Shown piece after piece: positions 10,901 to 25,900 of a stretch of 64,000 nt of DNA. The position numbers and the translations under genes are program-made. The notes beneath the pieces are model-generated. The model searched no databases, was not told the origin of the DNA, and saw only the letters and a program-made list of their open reading frames with translations. The first letter of the stretch is position 1. The number at the start of each line of letters is the position of its first letter. The DNA lies in NCBI GenBank assembly GCA_040954595.2, contig CM082583.2, forward strand, positions 900,542 through 964,541. Direction: 5' to 3'. The stretch is from Balanoglossus misakiensis. Lineage: Eukaryota; Animalia; Hemichordata.

Positions 10901-13900
10901 ATAAAACGCAATTTTGTATTAAATCAGCTCATTCAGAGTGCATTTTTTATAATCAGCACCATTTTTACATATAATGGAAATTTCATACATCATCAGATAT
11001 CCAAATATGAAAAAAATGATTTAGATTTTAGATGATTGTCCAAAATTAGCTGATATCTAATAAATGTAGTATTGAACCGTTCTGTTCCCCCCCCCCCTAC
11101 ATTATATGCGGTACGCCGATGTCAGCTTACCCGGCAGTACTGCAGGCCGTGCCCCCAACTAACGTCGGTGTTTGAAACGCCCTGGTTAAATTCGGGCTTT
11201 CTCTATAAATTGACAGGCAATAATGCAGTCCTACCCGACCAAATGTCGAGTGTTGACCCGCTGTGACTTTCCCTCTTCGGTTTGCCCGACTTAGCCAACG
11301 TCTTTGTACTAATGTGTCGGGTCTTTTGCAGAGCCAGGCCGAAGGAAATCCGACTTGATCACCGTTGCTAACGAACGCTAGTGTCTGTCATGGTGTGCCG
11401 GGGTTTAGTCGAGCCAGGCCGTAGGAGATCTGACTTGATCATCGTGGTCAATGTACGCGTGTTTCCGCTCTAAAGTGCCGGGGCTTCAGCTAAACCAGGC
11501 CGTAGGAAATCCGACGTAATCACCGTTGATAACTTACGCCAGTCTGTGTCATATAGAGCCGGTGCACCAGCCGAGTCACGCCGTAGGAAATCTGACTTGA
11601 TCAACGTGGTCACTGTACGCCTGTTTCTGCTCTAGAGTGCCGGGGCTTCAGCTGAGCCAGGCCGTAGGAAACCCGACGTGATTACCGTTGTTAACTTACG
11701 CCAGTCTTTGTCCTATATATAGTGCCGGGGCATCAGCCGTGCCAGGCCGAAGGAAATGTGAGTAGATCAACGTGGTCTCTGTACGCGTGTTTCTGCTCTA
11801 GAGTGCCAGGGCTTTAGCCAAGCCATGCCGTAGGAAATCTGACTTGATCAACGTTGCTAACGAACGCTAGTGTCTGTCATAGTTTGCCGGGGTTTTAGTC
11901 GAGCCAAGCCGTAGGAGATCAGACTTGATCAACGTGGTCTCTGTACGCGTGTTTCTGCTCTAGAGTGCCGGGGCTTTATCCAAGCTATGCCGTAGAAAAT
12001 CTGACTTGATCACCTTTGCTAACTTACGCTAGTGTCTGTCATATTGTGACGGAGATTAAGCCGAGCCAGGCCGTAGAAAAATCGACTTGTTCAACGTTAC
12101 CAGTGTGCAACTGTTTCTGCTCTAGAGTGTCAGGGTTTTAGCCGACTTATGCTGTAGGAAATCTGAGTTGATGAACGGGAATTCATTGTTAGAAAACCCG
12201 TGTGGAAAGTATCTCTACACGTTTGAAACTAAGAAAAGAATTTATTCTTATTTCTTTTGTAAAAAGACAACATTTCGAAAAAAAGTCGAAAATGGTAATT
12301 TTGTCTTGGGTGATTCAAATTATACCGCCTTTTCTGGAATTTGCAGCACTTTTTACAAGAGAACGACACTTCATGCTCCATAATATTTCCGAAAATGAAG
12401 AAAAGAGTTAATTTTTTATGATTTTTAAAAATGTACCATTTTTGTCAAAATATGGCCAAAATGGCTATTTTTTCTTGAATTCCGTCAATATCTCTGCATT
12501 TTTGGAGTGGTCGAAAGTTTTAACATACAATCAACATGTCATATATGATCAGGGCACCAAATTCGAAGAACAAAGGGTTTTTTATTTTTTTTCTAAAAAT
12601 GACATTTTCAAGTAAAATTTGGTAAAACGCAATTTTGTCTGCAGTGAGCCATATTAGACTGTCTTTTGTGGAATTTGCATCGATATATACATACGAAGAG
12701 CATTCTATACTCCATCAGATTTCCGAAAATGTAGAAAACAGGTATTTTTTGTAATTTTCAAAAATTTACCATTTTGACCAAATTGTGGCTAAAATTGTTA
12801 TTTTCGTGTTGAATGCCGCCAGTGTCACTGCTTTTAAAAGTCATAAAAACTTTTAACATACAAACAATTGTTTATATATGATCAGGTCACCGAATTAAAA
12901 AAATAAAGAATGTTTTGCCTAAAAATGACCTTTTTGGTGCAAAAACGAATAAAACGCAATTTTGTATTAAATCAACTCATTCAGAGTGCATTTTTTATAA
13001 TCAGCACCATTTTTACATATAATGGAAATTTTATACATCATCAGATATCCAAATATGAAAAAATGATTTAGATTTTAGATGATTGTCCAAAATTAGCTGA
13101 TATCTAATAAATGTAGTATTGAACCGTTCTGTTCCCCCCCCCCCCCCTACATTATATGCGGTACGCCGATGTCAGCATACCCGGCAGTACTGCAGGCCGT
13201 GCCCCCAACTATCGTCGGTGTTTGAAACGCCCTGGTTAAATTCGGGCTTTCTCTATAAATTGACAGGCAATAATGCAGTCCTACCAGAACAAATGTCGAG
13301 TGTTGACCCGCTGTGACTTTCCCTCTTCGGTTTGCCCGACTTAGCCAACGTCTTTGTACTAGAGTGTCGGGTCTTTTGCAGAGCCAGGCCGAAGGAAATC
13401 CGACTTGATCACCGTTGCTAACGAACGCTAGTGTCTGTCATGGTGTGCCGGGGTTTTAGTCGAGCCAGGCCGTAGGAGATCTGACTTGATCATCGTGGTC
13501 AATGTACGCGTGTTTCCGCTCTAAAGTGCCGGGGCTTCAGCTAAACCAGGCCGTAGGAAATCCGACGTAATCACCGTTGATAACTTTCGCCAGTCAGTGT
13601 CATATAGAGCCGGTGCACCAGCGGAGTCACGCCGTAGGAAATCTGACTTGATCAACGTGGTCAATGTACGCCTGTTTCTGCTCTAGAGTGCCGGGGCTTC
13701 AGCTGAGCCAGGCCGTAGGAAACCCGACGTGATTACCGTTGTTAACTTACGCCAGTCTGTGTCCTATATATAGTGCCGGGGCATCAGCCGTGCCAGGCCG
13801 AAGGAAATGTGAGTAGATCAACGTGGTCTCTGTACGCGTGTTTCTGCTCTAGAGTGCCAGGGCTTTAGCCAAGCCATGCCGTAGGAAATCTGACTTGATC

Positions 13901-16900
13901 AACGTTGCTAATGAACGCTAGTGTCTGTCATAGTGTGCCGGGGTTTTAGTCGAGCCAAGCCGTAGGAGATCAGACTTGATCAACGTGGTTTCTGTACGCG
14001 TGTTTCTGCTCTAGAGTGCCGGGGCTTTATCCAAGCCATGCCGTAGAAAATCTGACTCGATCACCGTTGCTAACGTACGCTAGTGTCTGTCATATTGTGA
14101 CGGAGATTTAGCCGAGCCAGGCCGTTGAAAAATCGACTTGTTCAACGTTACCATTTGTGCAACTGTTTCTGCTCTAGAGTGTCAGGGTTTTAGCCGACTT
14201 ATGCTGTAGGAAATCTGAGTTGATGAACGGGAATTCATTGTTAGAAAACCCGTGTGGAAAGTATCTCTACCCGTTTGAAACTAAGAAAAGAATTAATTCT
14301 TATTAATTTGTAAAAAAAGACAATATTTCGAAAAAAAGTCGAAAATGGTAATTTTGTCTTGGGTGAATCAAATTTTACCACCTTTTCTGGAATTTGCAGC
14401 ACTTTTTACAAGAGAACGACACTTCATGCTCCATAATATTTCCGAAAATGAAGAAAAGAGTTAATTTTTTATGATTTATTAAAAATTTACCATTTTTGTC
14501 AAAATATGGCCAAAATGGCTATTTTTTCTTGAATTCCGTCAATATCTCTTCATTTTTGGAGTGGTCGAAAGTTTTAACATACAATCAACATGTCATATAT
14601 GATCAGGGCACCAAATTCGAAGAACAAAGGTTTTTTTATTTTATTTTTCTAAAAATGACATTTTCAAGGAAAATTTGGTAAAACGCAATTTTGTCTGCAG
14701 TAAGCCAAATTAGACGGTCTTTTGTGGAATTTGTATCGATATATACATACGAAGAGCATTCTATACTCCATCAGATTTCCGAAAATGTAGAAAACATGTA
14801 TTTTTTGTAATTTTCAAAAATTTACCATTTTGACCAAATTGTGGCTAAAATTGTTATTTTCGTGTTGAATGCCGCCAGTGTCACTGCTTTTAAAAGTCAT
14901 AAAAACTTTCAACATACAAACAATTGTTTATATATGATCAGGTCACCGAATTAAAAAAATAAAGAATGTTTTGCCTAAAAATGACCTTTTTGGCGCAAAA
15001 ACGAATAAAACGCAATTTTGTATTAAATCAGCTCATTCAGAGTGCATTTTTTATAATCAGCACCATTTTTACATATAATGGAAATTTCATACATCATCAG
15101 ATATCCAAATATGAAAAAATGATTTAGATTTTAGATGATTGTCCAAAATTAGCTGATATCTAATAAATGTAGTATTGAACCGTTCTGTTCCCCCCCCCCC
15201 CTACATTATATGCGGTACGCCGATGTCAGCTTACCCGGCAGTACTGCAGGCCATGCCCCCAACTAACGTCGGTGTTTGAAACGCCCTGGTTAAATTCGGG
15301 CTTTCTCTATAAATTGACAGGCAATAATGCAGTCCTACCCGACCAAATGTCGAGTGTTGACCCGCTGTGACTTTCCCTCTTCGGTTTGCCCGACTTAGCC
15401 AACGTCTTTGTACTAGAGTGTCGGGTCTTTTGCAGAGCCAGGCCGAAGGAAATCCGACTTGATCACCGTTGATAACGAACGCTAGTGTCTGTCATGGTGT
15501 GCCGGGGTTTTAGTCGAGCCAGGCCGTAGGAGATCTGACTTGATCATCGTTGTCAATGTACGCGTGTTTCCGCTCTAAAGCGCCGGGGCTTCAGCAAAAC
15601 CAGGCAGTAGAAAATCCGACGTAATCACCGTTGATAACTTACGCCAGTCTGTGTCATATAGAGCCGGTGCACCAGCCGAGTCACGCCGTAGGAAATCTGA
15701 CTTGATCAACGTGGTCAATGTACGCCTGTTTCTGCTCTAGAGTGCCGGGGCTTCAGCTGAGCCAGGCCGTTGGAAACCCGACGTGATTACCGTTGTTAAC
15801 TTACGCCAGTCTGTGTCCTATATATAGTGCCGGGGCATCAGCCGTGCCAGGCCGAAGGAAATGTGAGTAGATCAACGTGGTCTCTGTACGCGTGTTTCTG
15901 CTCTAGAGTGCCAGGGCTTTAGCCAAGCCATGCCGTAGAAAATCTGACTTGATCAACGTTGCTAACGAACGCTAGTGTCTGTCATAGTGTGCCGGGGTTT
16001 TAGTCGAGCCAAGCCGTAGGAGATCAGACTTGATCAACGTGGTCTCTGTACGCGTGTTTCTGCTCTAGAGTGCCGGGGCTTTATCCGAGCTATGCCGTAG
16101 AAAATCTGACTTGATCACCGTTGCTAACTTACGCTAGTGTCTGTCATATTGTGACGGAGATTTAGCCGAGCCAGGCCGTAGAAAAATCGACTTGTTCAAC
16201 GTTACCAGTGTGCAACTGTTTCTGCTCTAGAGTGTCAGGGTTTTAGCCGATTTATGCTGTAGGAAATCAGAGTTGATGAACGGGAATTCAATGTTAGAAA
16301 ACCCGTGTGGAAAGTATCTCTACCCGTTTGAAACTAAGAAAAGAATTTATTCTTATTTATTTTGTAAAAAAGACAATTTTTCGAAACAAAGGCGAAAATG
16401 GTAATTTTGTCTTGGGTGATTCAAATTATACCACCTTTTCTGGAATTTGCAGCACTTTTTACAAGAGAACGACACTTAATGCTCCATAATATTTCCGAAA
16501 ATGAAGAAAAGAGTTCATTTTTTATGATTTTTTAAAATTTTACCATTTTTGTCAAAATATGGCCAAAATGGCTATTTTTTCTTGAATTCCGTCAATATCT
16601 CTGCATTTTTGGTGTGGTCGAAACTTTTAACATACAATCAACATGTCATATATGATCGGGGCACCAAATTCGAAGAACAAAGGTTTTTTTATTTTTTTTT
16701 CTAAAAATGACATTTTCAAGGAAAATTTGGTAAAACGCAATTTTGTCTGCAGTGAGCCAAATTAGACGGTCTTTTATGGAATTTGTATCGATATATACAT
16801 ACGAAGAGCATTCTATACTCCATCAGATTTCCGAAAATGTAGAAAAGGGTATTTTTTGTAATTTTGAAAAATTTTCCATTTTGACCAAATTGTGGCTAAA

Positions 16901-19900
16901 ATTGTTATTTTCGTGTTGAATGCCGCCAGTGTCACTGCTTTTAAAAGTCATAAAAACTTTTAACATACAAGCAATTGTTTATATATGATCAGGTCACCGA
17001 ATTAAAAAAATAAAGAATGTTTTGCCTAAAAATGACCTTTTTGGTGCAAAAACGAATAAAACGCAATTTTGTATTAAATCAGCTCATTCAGAGTGCATTT
17101 TTATAATCAGCACCATTTTTACATATAATGGAAATTTCATACATCATCAGATATCCAAATATGAAAAGATGATTTAGATTTTAGATGATTGTCCAAAATT
17201 AGCTGATATCTGATAAATGTAGTATTGAACCGTTCTGTTTCTCCCCCCCCCCCCCTACATTATATGCGGTACGCCGATGTCACCTTACCCGGCAGTACTG
17301 CAGGCCGTGCCCCCAACTAACGTCGGTGTTTGAAGCGCCCTGGTTAAATTCGGGCTTTCTCTATAAATTACAGGCAATAATGCAGTCCTACCCGAACAAA
17401 TGTCGAGTGTTGACCCGCTGTGACTTTCCCTCTTCGGTTTGCCCGACTTAGCCAACGTCTTTGTACTAGAGGGTCGGGTCTTTTGCCGAGCCAGGCCGAA
17501 GGAAATCAGACTTGATCACCGTTGCTAACGAACGCTAGTGTCTGTCATGGTGTGCCGGGGTTTTAGTCGAACCAGGCCGTAGGAAATCTGACTTGATCAA
17601 CGTGGTCAATGTACGCCTGTTTCTGCTCTAGAGTGCAGGGGCTTCAGCTGATCCAGGCCGTAGGAAACCCGACGTGATTACCGTTGTTAACTTACGCCAG
17701 TCTGTGTCCTATATATAGTGCGGGGCATCAGCCGTGCCAGGCCTAAGGAAATGTGAGTAGATCAATGTGGTCTCTGTACGCGTGTTTCTGCTCTAGAATG
17801 CCAGGGCTTTAGCCAAGCCATGCCGTAGGAAATCTGACTTGATCAACGTTGCTAACGAACGCTAGTGTCTGTCATAGTGTGCCGGGGTTTTAGTCGAGCC
17901 AAGCCGTAGGAGATCAGACTTGATCAACGTGGTCTCTGTACGCGTGTTTCTGCTCTAGAGTGCCGGGGCTTTATCCCAGCCATGCCGTAGAAAATCTGAC
18001 TTGATCACCGTTGCTAACGTGCGCTAGTGTCTGTCATATCGTGACGGAGATTTAGCCGAGCCAGGCCGTAGAAAAATCGACTTGTTCAACGTTACCAGTG
18101 TGCAACTGTTTCTGCTCTAGAGTGTCAGGGTTTTAGCCGACTTATGCTGTAGGAAATCTGAGTTGATGAATGGGAATTTAATGTTAAAAAACCTGTGTGG
18201 AAAGTGTCTCTACCCTTTTGAAACTAAGAAAATAATTTATTCTTATTTATTTTGTAAAAATCACAATTTTTCGAAAAAAAGTCGAAAATGGTAATTTTGT
18301 CATGGGTGATTCAAATTATACCGCCTTTTCTGGAATTTGCAGCACTTTTTACAAGAGAACGACACTTCATGCTCCATAATATTTCCGAAAATGAAGAAAA
18401 GAGTTAATTTTTTATGATTTTTTAAAAATTTACCATTTTTGTCAAAATATGGCCAAAATGGCTATTTTTTCTTGAATTCCGTCAATATCTCTGCATTTTT
18501 GGAGTGGTCCAAAGTTTTAACATACAATCAACATGTCATATATGATCAGGGCACCAAATTCGAAGAACAAAGGTTTTTTTTTATTTTTTTTTCTAAAAAT
18601 GACATTTTCAAGGAAAATTTGGTAAAACGCAATTTTGTCTGCAGTGAGCCAAATTGGCCGTTTTTTTGTGGAATTTGTATTGATATATGTATACGAAGAG
18701 CATTCTATACTCCATCAGATTTCCGAAAATGTAGAAAACAGGTATTTTTTGTAATTTTCAAAAATTTACCATTTTGACCGAATTGTGGCTAAAATTGTTA
18801 TTTTCGTGTTGAATGCCGCCAGTGTCACTGCTTTTAAAAGTCATTAAAACTTTTAACATACAAGCAATTGTTTATATATGATCAGGTCACCGAATTTAAA
18901 GAATAAAGAATGTTTTCCCTAAAAATGACCTTTTTGGTGCAAAAACGAATAAAACGCAATTTTGTATTATATCAGCTCATTCAGAGTGCATTTTTTATAA
19001 TCAGCACCATTTTTACATATAATGGAAATTTCATACATCATCAGATATCCAAATATGAAAAAATGATTTAGATTTTAGATGATTGTCCAAAAGTAGCTGA
19101 TATCTAATAAATGTAGTATTGAACCGTTCTGTTCCCCCCCCCCCCCCCTACATTACATGCGGTACGCCGATGTCAGCTTACCCGTCAGTACTGCAGGCCG
19201 TGCCCACAACTAACGTCGGTGTTTGAAACGCCCTGGTTAAATTCGGGCTTTCTCTATAAATTGACAGGCAATAATGTAGTCCTACCGGAATAAATGTCGA
19301 GTGTTGACCCGCTGTGACTTTCCCTCTTCGGTTTGCCCGACTTAGCCAACGTCTTTGTACTAGAGTGTCGGGTCTTTTGTAGAGCCAGGCCGAAGGAAAT
19401 CCGACTTGATCACCGTTGCTAACGAACGCTAGTGTCTGTCATGGTGTGCCGGGGTTTTAGTCGAGCCAGGCCGTAGGAGATCTGACTGGATCATCGTGGT
19501 CAATGTACGCGTGTTTCCGCTCTAAAGTGCCGGGGCTTCAGCTAAACCAGGCCGTAGGAAATCCGACGTAATCACCGTTGATAACTTACGCCAGTCTGTG
19601 TCATATAGAGCCGGTGCACCAGCCGAGTCACGCCGTAGGAATCTGATTTGATCAACGTGGTCAATGTGCGCCTGTTTCTGCTCTAGAGTGCCGGGCTTCA
19701 GCTGAGCCAGGCCGTAGGAAACCCGACGTGATTACCGTTGTTAACTTACGCCAGTCTGTGTCCTATATATAGTGCGGGGCATCAGCCGTGCCAGGCCTAA
19801 GGAAATGTGAGTAGATCAATGTGGTCTCTGTACGCGTGTTTCTGCTCTAGAATGCCAGGGCTTTAGCCAAGCCATGCCGTAGGAAATCTGAATTGATCAA

Positions 19901-22900
19901 CGTTGCTAACGAACGCTAGTGTCTGTCATAGTGTGCCGGGGTTTTAGTCGAGCCAAGCCGTAGGAGATCTGACTTGATCATCGTGGTCAATGTACGCGTG
20001 TTTCCGCTCAAAAGTGCCGGGGCTTGAGCTAAACCAGGCCGTAGGAAATCCGACGTAATCACCGTTGATAACTTACGCCAGTCTGTGTCATATAGAGCCG
20101 GTGCACCAGCGGAGTCACGCCGTAGGAATCTGATTTGATCAACGTGGTCAATGTACGCCTGTTTCTGCTCTAGAGTGCCGGGGCTTCAGCTGAGCCAGGC
20201 CGTAGGAAACCCGACGTGATTACCGTTGTTAACTTACGCCAGTCTGTGTCCTATATATACTGCCGGGGCATCAGCCGTGCCAGGCCGAAGGAAATGTGAG
20301 TAGATCAACGTGGTCTCTGTACGCGTGTTTCTGCTCTAGAGTGTCAGGGCTTTAGCAAAGCCATGCCGTAGGAAATCTGACTTGATCAACGTTGCTAACG
20401 AACGCTAGTGTCTGTCATAGTGTGCCGGGGTTTTAGTCGAGCCAAGCCGTAGGAGATCAGACTTGATCAACGTGGTCTCTGTACGCGTGTTTCTGCTCTT
20501 GAGTGCCGGGGCTTTATCCAACCCATGCCGTAGAAAATCTGACTTGATCACCGTTGCTAACGTACGCTAGTGTCTGTCATATTGTGACGGAGATTTAGCC
20601 GAGCCAGGCCGTAAAAAATCGACTTGTTCAACGTTACCAGTGTGCAACTGTTTCTGCTCTAGAGTGTCAGGGTTTTAGCCGATTTATGCTGTAGGAAATC
20701 AGAGTTGATGAACGGGAATTCAATGTTAGAAAACCCGTGTGGAAAGTATCTCTACCCGTTTGAAACTAAGAAAAGAATTTATTCTTATTTATTTTGTAAA
20801 AAAGACAATTTTTCGAAACAAAGGCGAAAATGGTAATTTTGTCTTGGGTGATTCAAATTATACCACCTTTTCTGGAATTTGCAGCACTTTTTACAAGAGA
20901 ACGACACTTAATGCTCCATAATATTTCCGAAAATGAAGAAAAGAGTTAATTTTTTATGATTTTTTAAAATTTTACCATTTTTGTCAAAATATGGCCAAAA
21001 TGGCTATTTTTTCTTGAATTCCGTCAATATCTCTGCATTTTTGGTGTGGTCGAAACTTTTAACATACAATCAACATGTCATATATGATCGGGGCACCAAA
21101 TTCGAAGAACAAAGGTTTTTTTATTTTTTTTTCTAAAAATGACATTTTCAAGGAAAATTTGGTAAAACGCAATTTTGTCTGCAGTGAGCCAAATTAGACG
21201 GTCTTTTATGGAATTTGTATCGATATATACATACGAAGAGCATTCTATACTCCATCAGATTTCCGAAAATGTAGAAAAGGGTATTTTTTGTAATTTTGAA
21301 AAATTTTCCATTTTGACCAAATTGTGGCTAAAATTGTTATTTTCGTGTTGAATGCCGCCAGTGTCACTGCTTTTAAAAGTCATAAAAACTTTTAACATAC
21401 AAGCAATTGTTTATATATGATCAGGTCACCGAATTAAAAAAATAAAGAATGTTTTGCCTAAAAATGACCTTTTTGGTGCAAAAACGAATAAAACGCAATT
21501 TTGTATTAAATCAGCTCATTCAGAGTGCATTTTTATAATCAGCACCATTTTTACATATAATGGAAATTTCATACATCATCAGATATCCAAATATGAAAAG
21601 ATGATTTAGATTTTAGATGATTGTCCAAAATTAGCTGATATCTGATAAATGTAGTATTGAACCGTTCTGTTTCTCCCCCCCCCCCCTACATTATATGCGG
21701 TACGCCGATGTCACCTTACCCGGCAGTACTGCAGGCCGTGCCCCCAACTAACGTCGGTGTTTGAAGCGCCCTGGTTAAATTCGGGCTTTCTCTATAAATT
21801 ACAGGCAATAATGCAGTCCTACCCGAACAAATGTCGAGTGTTGACCCGCTGTGACTTTCCCTCTTCGGTTTGCCCGACTTAGCCAACGTCTTTGTACTAG
21901 AGGGTCGGGTCTTTTGCCGAGCCAGGCCGAATGAAATCAGACTTGATCACCGTTGCTAACGAACGCTAGTGTCTGTCATGGTGTGCCGGGGTTTTAGTCG
22001 AACCAGGCCGTAGGAAATCTGACTTGATCAACGTGGTCAATGTACGCCTGTTTCTGCTCTAGAGTGCAGGGGCTTCAGCTGATCCAGGCCGTAGGAAACC
22101 CGACGTGATTACCGTTGTTAACTTACGCCAGTCTGTGTCCTATATGTAGTGCGGGGCATCAGCCGTGCCAGGCCTAAGGAAATGTGAGTAGATCAATGTG
22201 GTCTCTGTACGCGTGTTTCTGCTCTAGAATGCCAGGGCTTTAGCCAAGCCATGCCGTAGGAAATCTGACTTGATCAACGTTGCTAACGAACGCTAGTGTC
22301 TGTCATAGTGTGCCGGGGTTTTAGTCGAGCCAAGCCGTAGGAGATCAGACTTGATCAACGTGGTCTCTGTACGCGTGTTTCTGCTCTAGAGTGCCGGGGC
22401 TTTATCCCAGCCATGCCGTAGAAAATCTGACTTGATCACCGTTGCTAACGTGCGCTAGTGTCTGTCATATCGTGACGGAGATTTAGCCGAGCCAGGCCGT
22501 AGAAAAATCGACTTGTTCAACGTTACCAGTGTGCAACTGTTTCTGCTCTAGAGTGTCAGGGTTTTAGCCGACTTATGCTGTAGGAAATCTGAGTTGATGA
22601 ATGGGAATTTAATGTTAAAAAACCTGTGTGGAAAGTGTCTCTACCCTTTTGAAACTAAGAAAATAATTTATTCTTATTTATTTTGTAAAAATCACAATTT
22701 TTCGAAAAAAAGTCGAAAATGGTAATTTTGTCATGGGTGATTCAAATTATACCGCCTTTTCTGGAATTTGCAGCACTTTTTACAAGAGAACGACACTTCA
22801 TGCTCCATAATATTTCCGAAAATGAAGAAAAGAGTTAATTTTTTATGATTTTTTAAAAATTTACCATTTTTGTCAAAATATGGCCAAAATGGCTATTTTT

Positions 22901-25900
22901 TCTTGAATTCCGTCAATATTTCTGCATTTTTGGAGTGGTCCAAAGTTTTAACATACAATCAACATGTCATATATGATCAGGGCACCAAATTCGAAGAACA
23001 AAGGTTTTTTTTTATTTTTTTTTCTAAAAATGACATTTTCAAGGAAAATTTGGTAAAACGCAATTTTGTCTGCAGTGAGCCAAATTGGCCGTTTTTTTGT
23101 GGAATTTGTATCGATATATGTATACGAAGAGCATTCTATACTCCATCAGATTTCCGAAAATGTAGAAAACAGGTATTTTTTGTAATTTTCAAAAATTTAC
23201 CATTTTGACCGAATTGTGGCTAAAATTGTTATTTTCGTGTTGAATGCCGCCAGTGTCACTGCTTTTAAAAGTCATTAAAACTTTTAACATACAAGCAATT
23301 GTTTATATATGATCAGGTCACCGAATTTAAAGAATAAAGAATGTTTTCCCTAAAAATGACCTTTTTGGTGCAAAAACGAATAAAACGCAATTTTGTATTA
23401 AACAGCTCATTCAGAGTGCATTTTTTATAATCAGCACCATTTTTACATATAATGGAAATTTCATACATCATCAGATATCCAAATATGAAAAAATGATTTA
23501 GATTTTAGATGATTGTCCAAAAGTAGCTGATATCTAATAAATGTAGTATTGAACCGTTCTGTCCCCCCCCCCCTACATTACATGCGGTACGCCGATGTCA
23601 GCTTACCCGTCAGTACTGCAGGCCGTGCCCACAACTAACGTCGGTGTTTGAAACGCCCTGGTTAAATTCGGGCTTTCTCTATAAATTGACAGGCAATAAT
23701 GTAGTCCTACCGGAATAAATGTCGAGTGTTGACCCGCTGTGACTTTCCCTCTTCGGTTTGCCCGACTTAGCCAACGTCTTTGTACTAGAGGGTCGGGTCT
23801 TTTGCCGAGCCAGGCCGAATGAAATCAGACTTGATCACCGTTGCTAACGAACGCTAGTGTCTGTCATGGTGTGCCGGGGTTTTAGTCGAACCAGGCCGTA
23901 GGAAATCTGACTTGATCAACGTGGTCAATGTACGCCTGTTTCTGCTCTAGAGTGCAGGGGCTTCAGCTGATCCAGGCCGTAGGAAACCCGACGTGATTAC
24001 CGTTGTTAACTTACGCCAGTCTGTGTCCTATATATAGTGCGGGGCATCAGCCGTGCCAGGCCTAAGGAAATGTGAGTAGATCAATGTGGTCTCTGTACGC
24101 GTGTTTCTGCTCTAGAATGCCAGGGCTTTAGCCAAGCCATGCCGTAGGAAATCTGACTTGATCAACGTTGCTAACGAACGCTAGTGTCTGTCATAGTGTG
24201 CCGGGGTTTTAGTCGAGCCAAGCCGTAGGAGATCAGACTTGATCAACGTGGTCTCTGTACGCGTGTTTCTGCTCTAGAGTGCCGGGGCTTTATCCCAGCC
24301 ATGCCGTAGAAAATCTGACTTGATCACCGTTGCTAACGTGCGCTAGTGTCTGTCATATCGTGACGGAGATTTAGCCGAGCCAGGCCGTAGAAAAATCGAC
24401 TTGTTCAACGTTACCAGTGTGCAACTGTTTCTGCTCTAGAGTGTCAGGGTTTTAGCCGACTTATGCTGTAGGAAATCTGAGTTGATGAATGGGAATTTAA
24501 TGTTAAAAAACCTGTGTGGAAAGTGTCTCTACCCTTTTGAAACTAAGAAAATAATTTATTCTTATTTATTTTGTAAAAATCACAATTTTTCGAAAAAAAG
24601 TCGAAAATGGTAATTTTGTCATGGGTGATTCAAATTATACCGCCTTTTCTGGAATTTGCAGCACTTTTTACAAGAGAACGACACTTCATGCTCCATAATA
24701 TTTCCGAAAATGAAGAAAAGAGTTAATTTTTTATGATTTTTTAAAAATTTACCATTTTTGTCAAAATATGGCCAAAATGGCTATTTTTTCTTGAATTCCG
24801 TCAATATCTCTGCATTTTTGGAGTGGTCCAAAGTTTTAACATACAATCAACATGTCATATATGATCAGGGCACCAAATTCGAAGAACAAAGGTTTTTTTT
24901 TATTTTTTTTTCTAAAAATGACATTTTCAAGGAAAATTTGGTAAAACGCAATTTTGTCTGCAGTGAGCCAAATTGGCCGTTTTTTGTGGAATTTGTATCG
25001 ATATATGTATACGAAGAGCATTCTATACTCCATCAGATTTCCGAAAATGTAGAAAACAGGTATTTTTTGTAATTTTCAAAAATTTACCATTTTGACCGAA
25101 TTGTGGCTAAAATTGTTATTTTCGTGTTGAATGCCGCCAGTGTCACTGCTTTTAAAAGTCATTAAAACTTTTAACATACAAGCAATTGTTTATATATGAT
25201 CAGGTCACCGAATTTAAAGAATAAAGAATGTTTTCCCTAAAAATGACCTTTTTGGTGCAAAAACGAATAAAACGCAATTTTGTATTAAACAGCTCATTCA
25301 GAGTGCATTTTTTATAATCAGCACCATTTTTACATATAATGGAAATTTCATACATCATCAGATATCCAAATATGAAAAAATGATTTAGATTTTAGATGAT
25401 TGTCCAAAAGTAGCTGATATCTAATAAATGTAGTATTGAACCGTTCTGTCCCCCCCCCCCCCCTACATTACATGCGGTACGCCGATGTCAGCTTACCCGT
25501 CAGTACTGCAGGCCGTGCCCACAACTAACGTCGGTGTTTGAAACGCCCTGGTTAAATTCGGGCTTTCTCTATAAATTGACAGGCAATAATGTAGTCCTAC
25601 CGGAATAAATGTCGAGTGTTGACCCGCTGTGACTTTCCCTCTTCGGTTTGCCCGACTTAGCCAACGTCTTTGTACTAGAGGGTCGGGTCTTTTGCCGAGC
25701 CAGGCCGAATGAAATCAGACTTGATCACCGTTGCTAACGAACGCTAGTGTCTGTCATGGTGTGCCGGGGTTTTAGTCGAACCAGGCCGTAGGAAATCTGA
25801 CTTGATCAACGTGGTCAATGTACGCCTGTTTCTGCTCTAGAGTGCAGGGGCTTCAGCTGATCCAGGCCGTAGGAAACCCGACGTGATTACCGTTGTTAAC

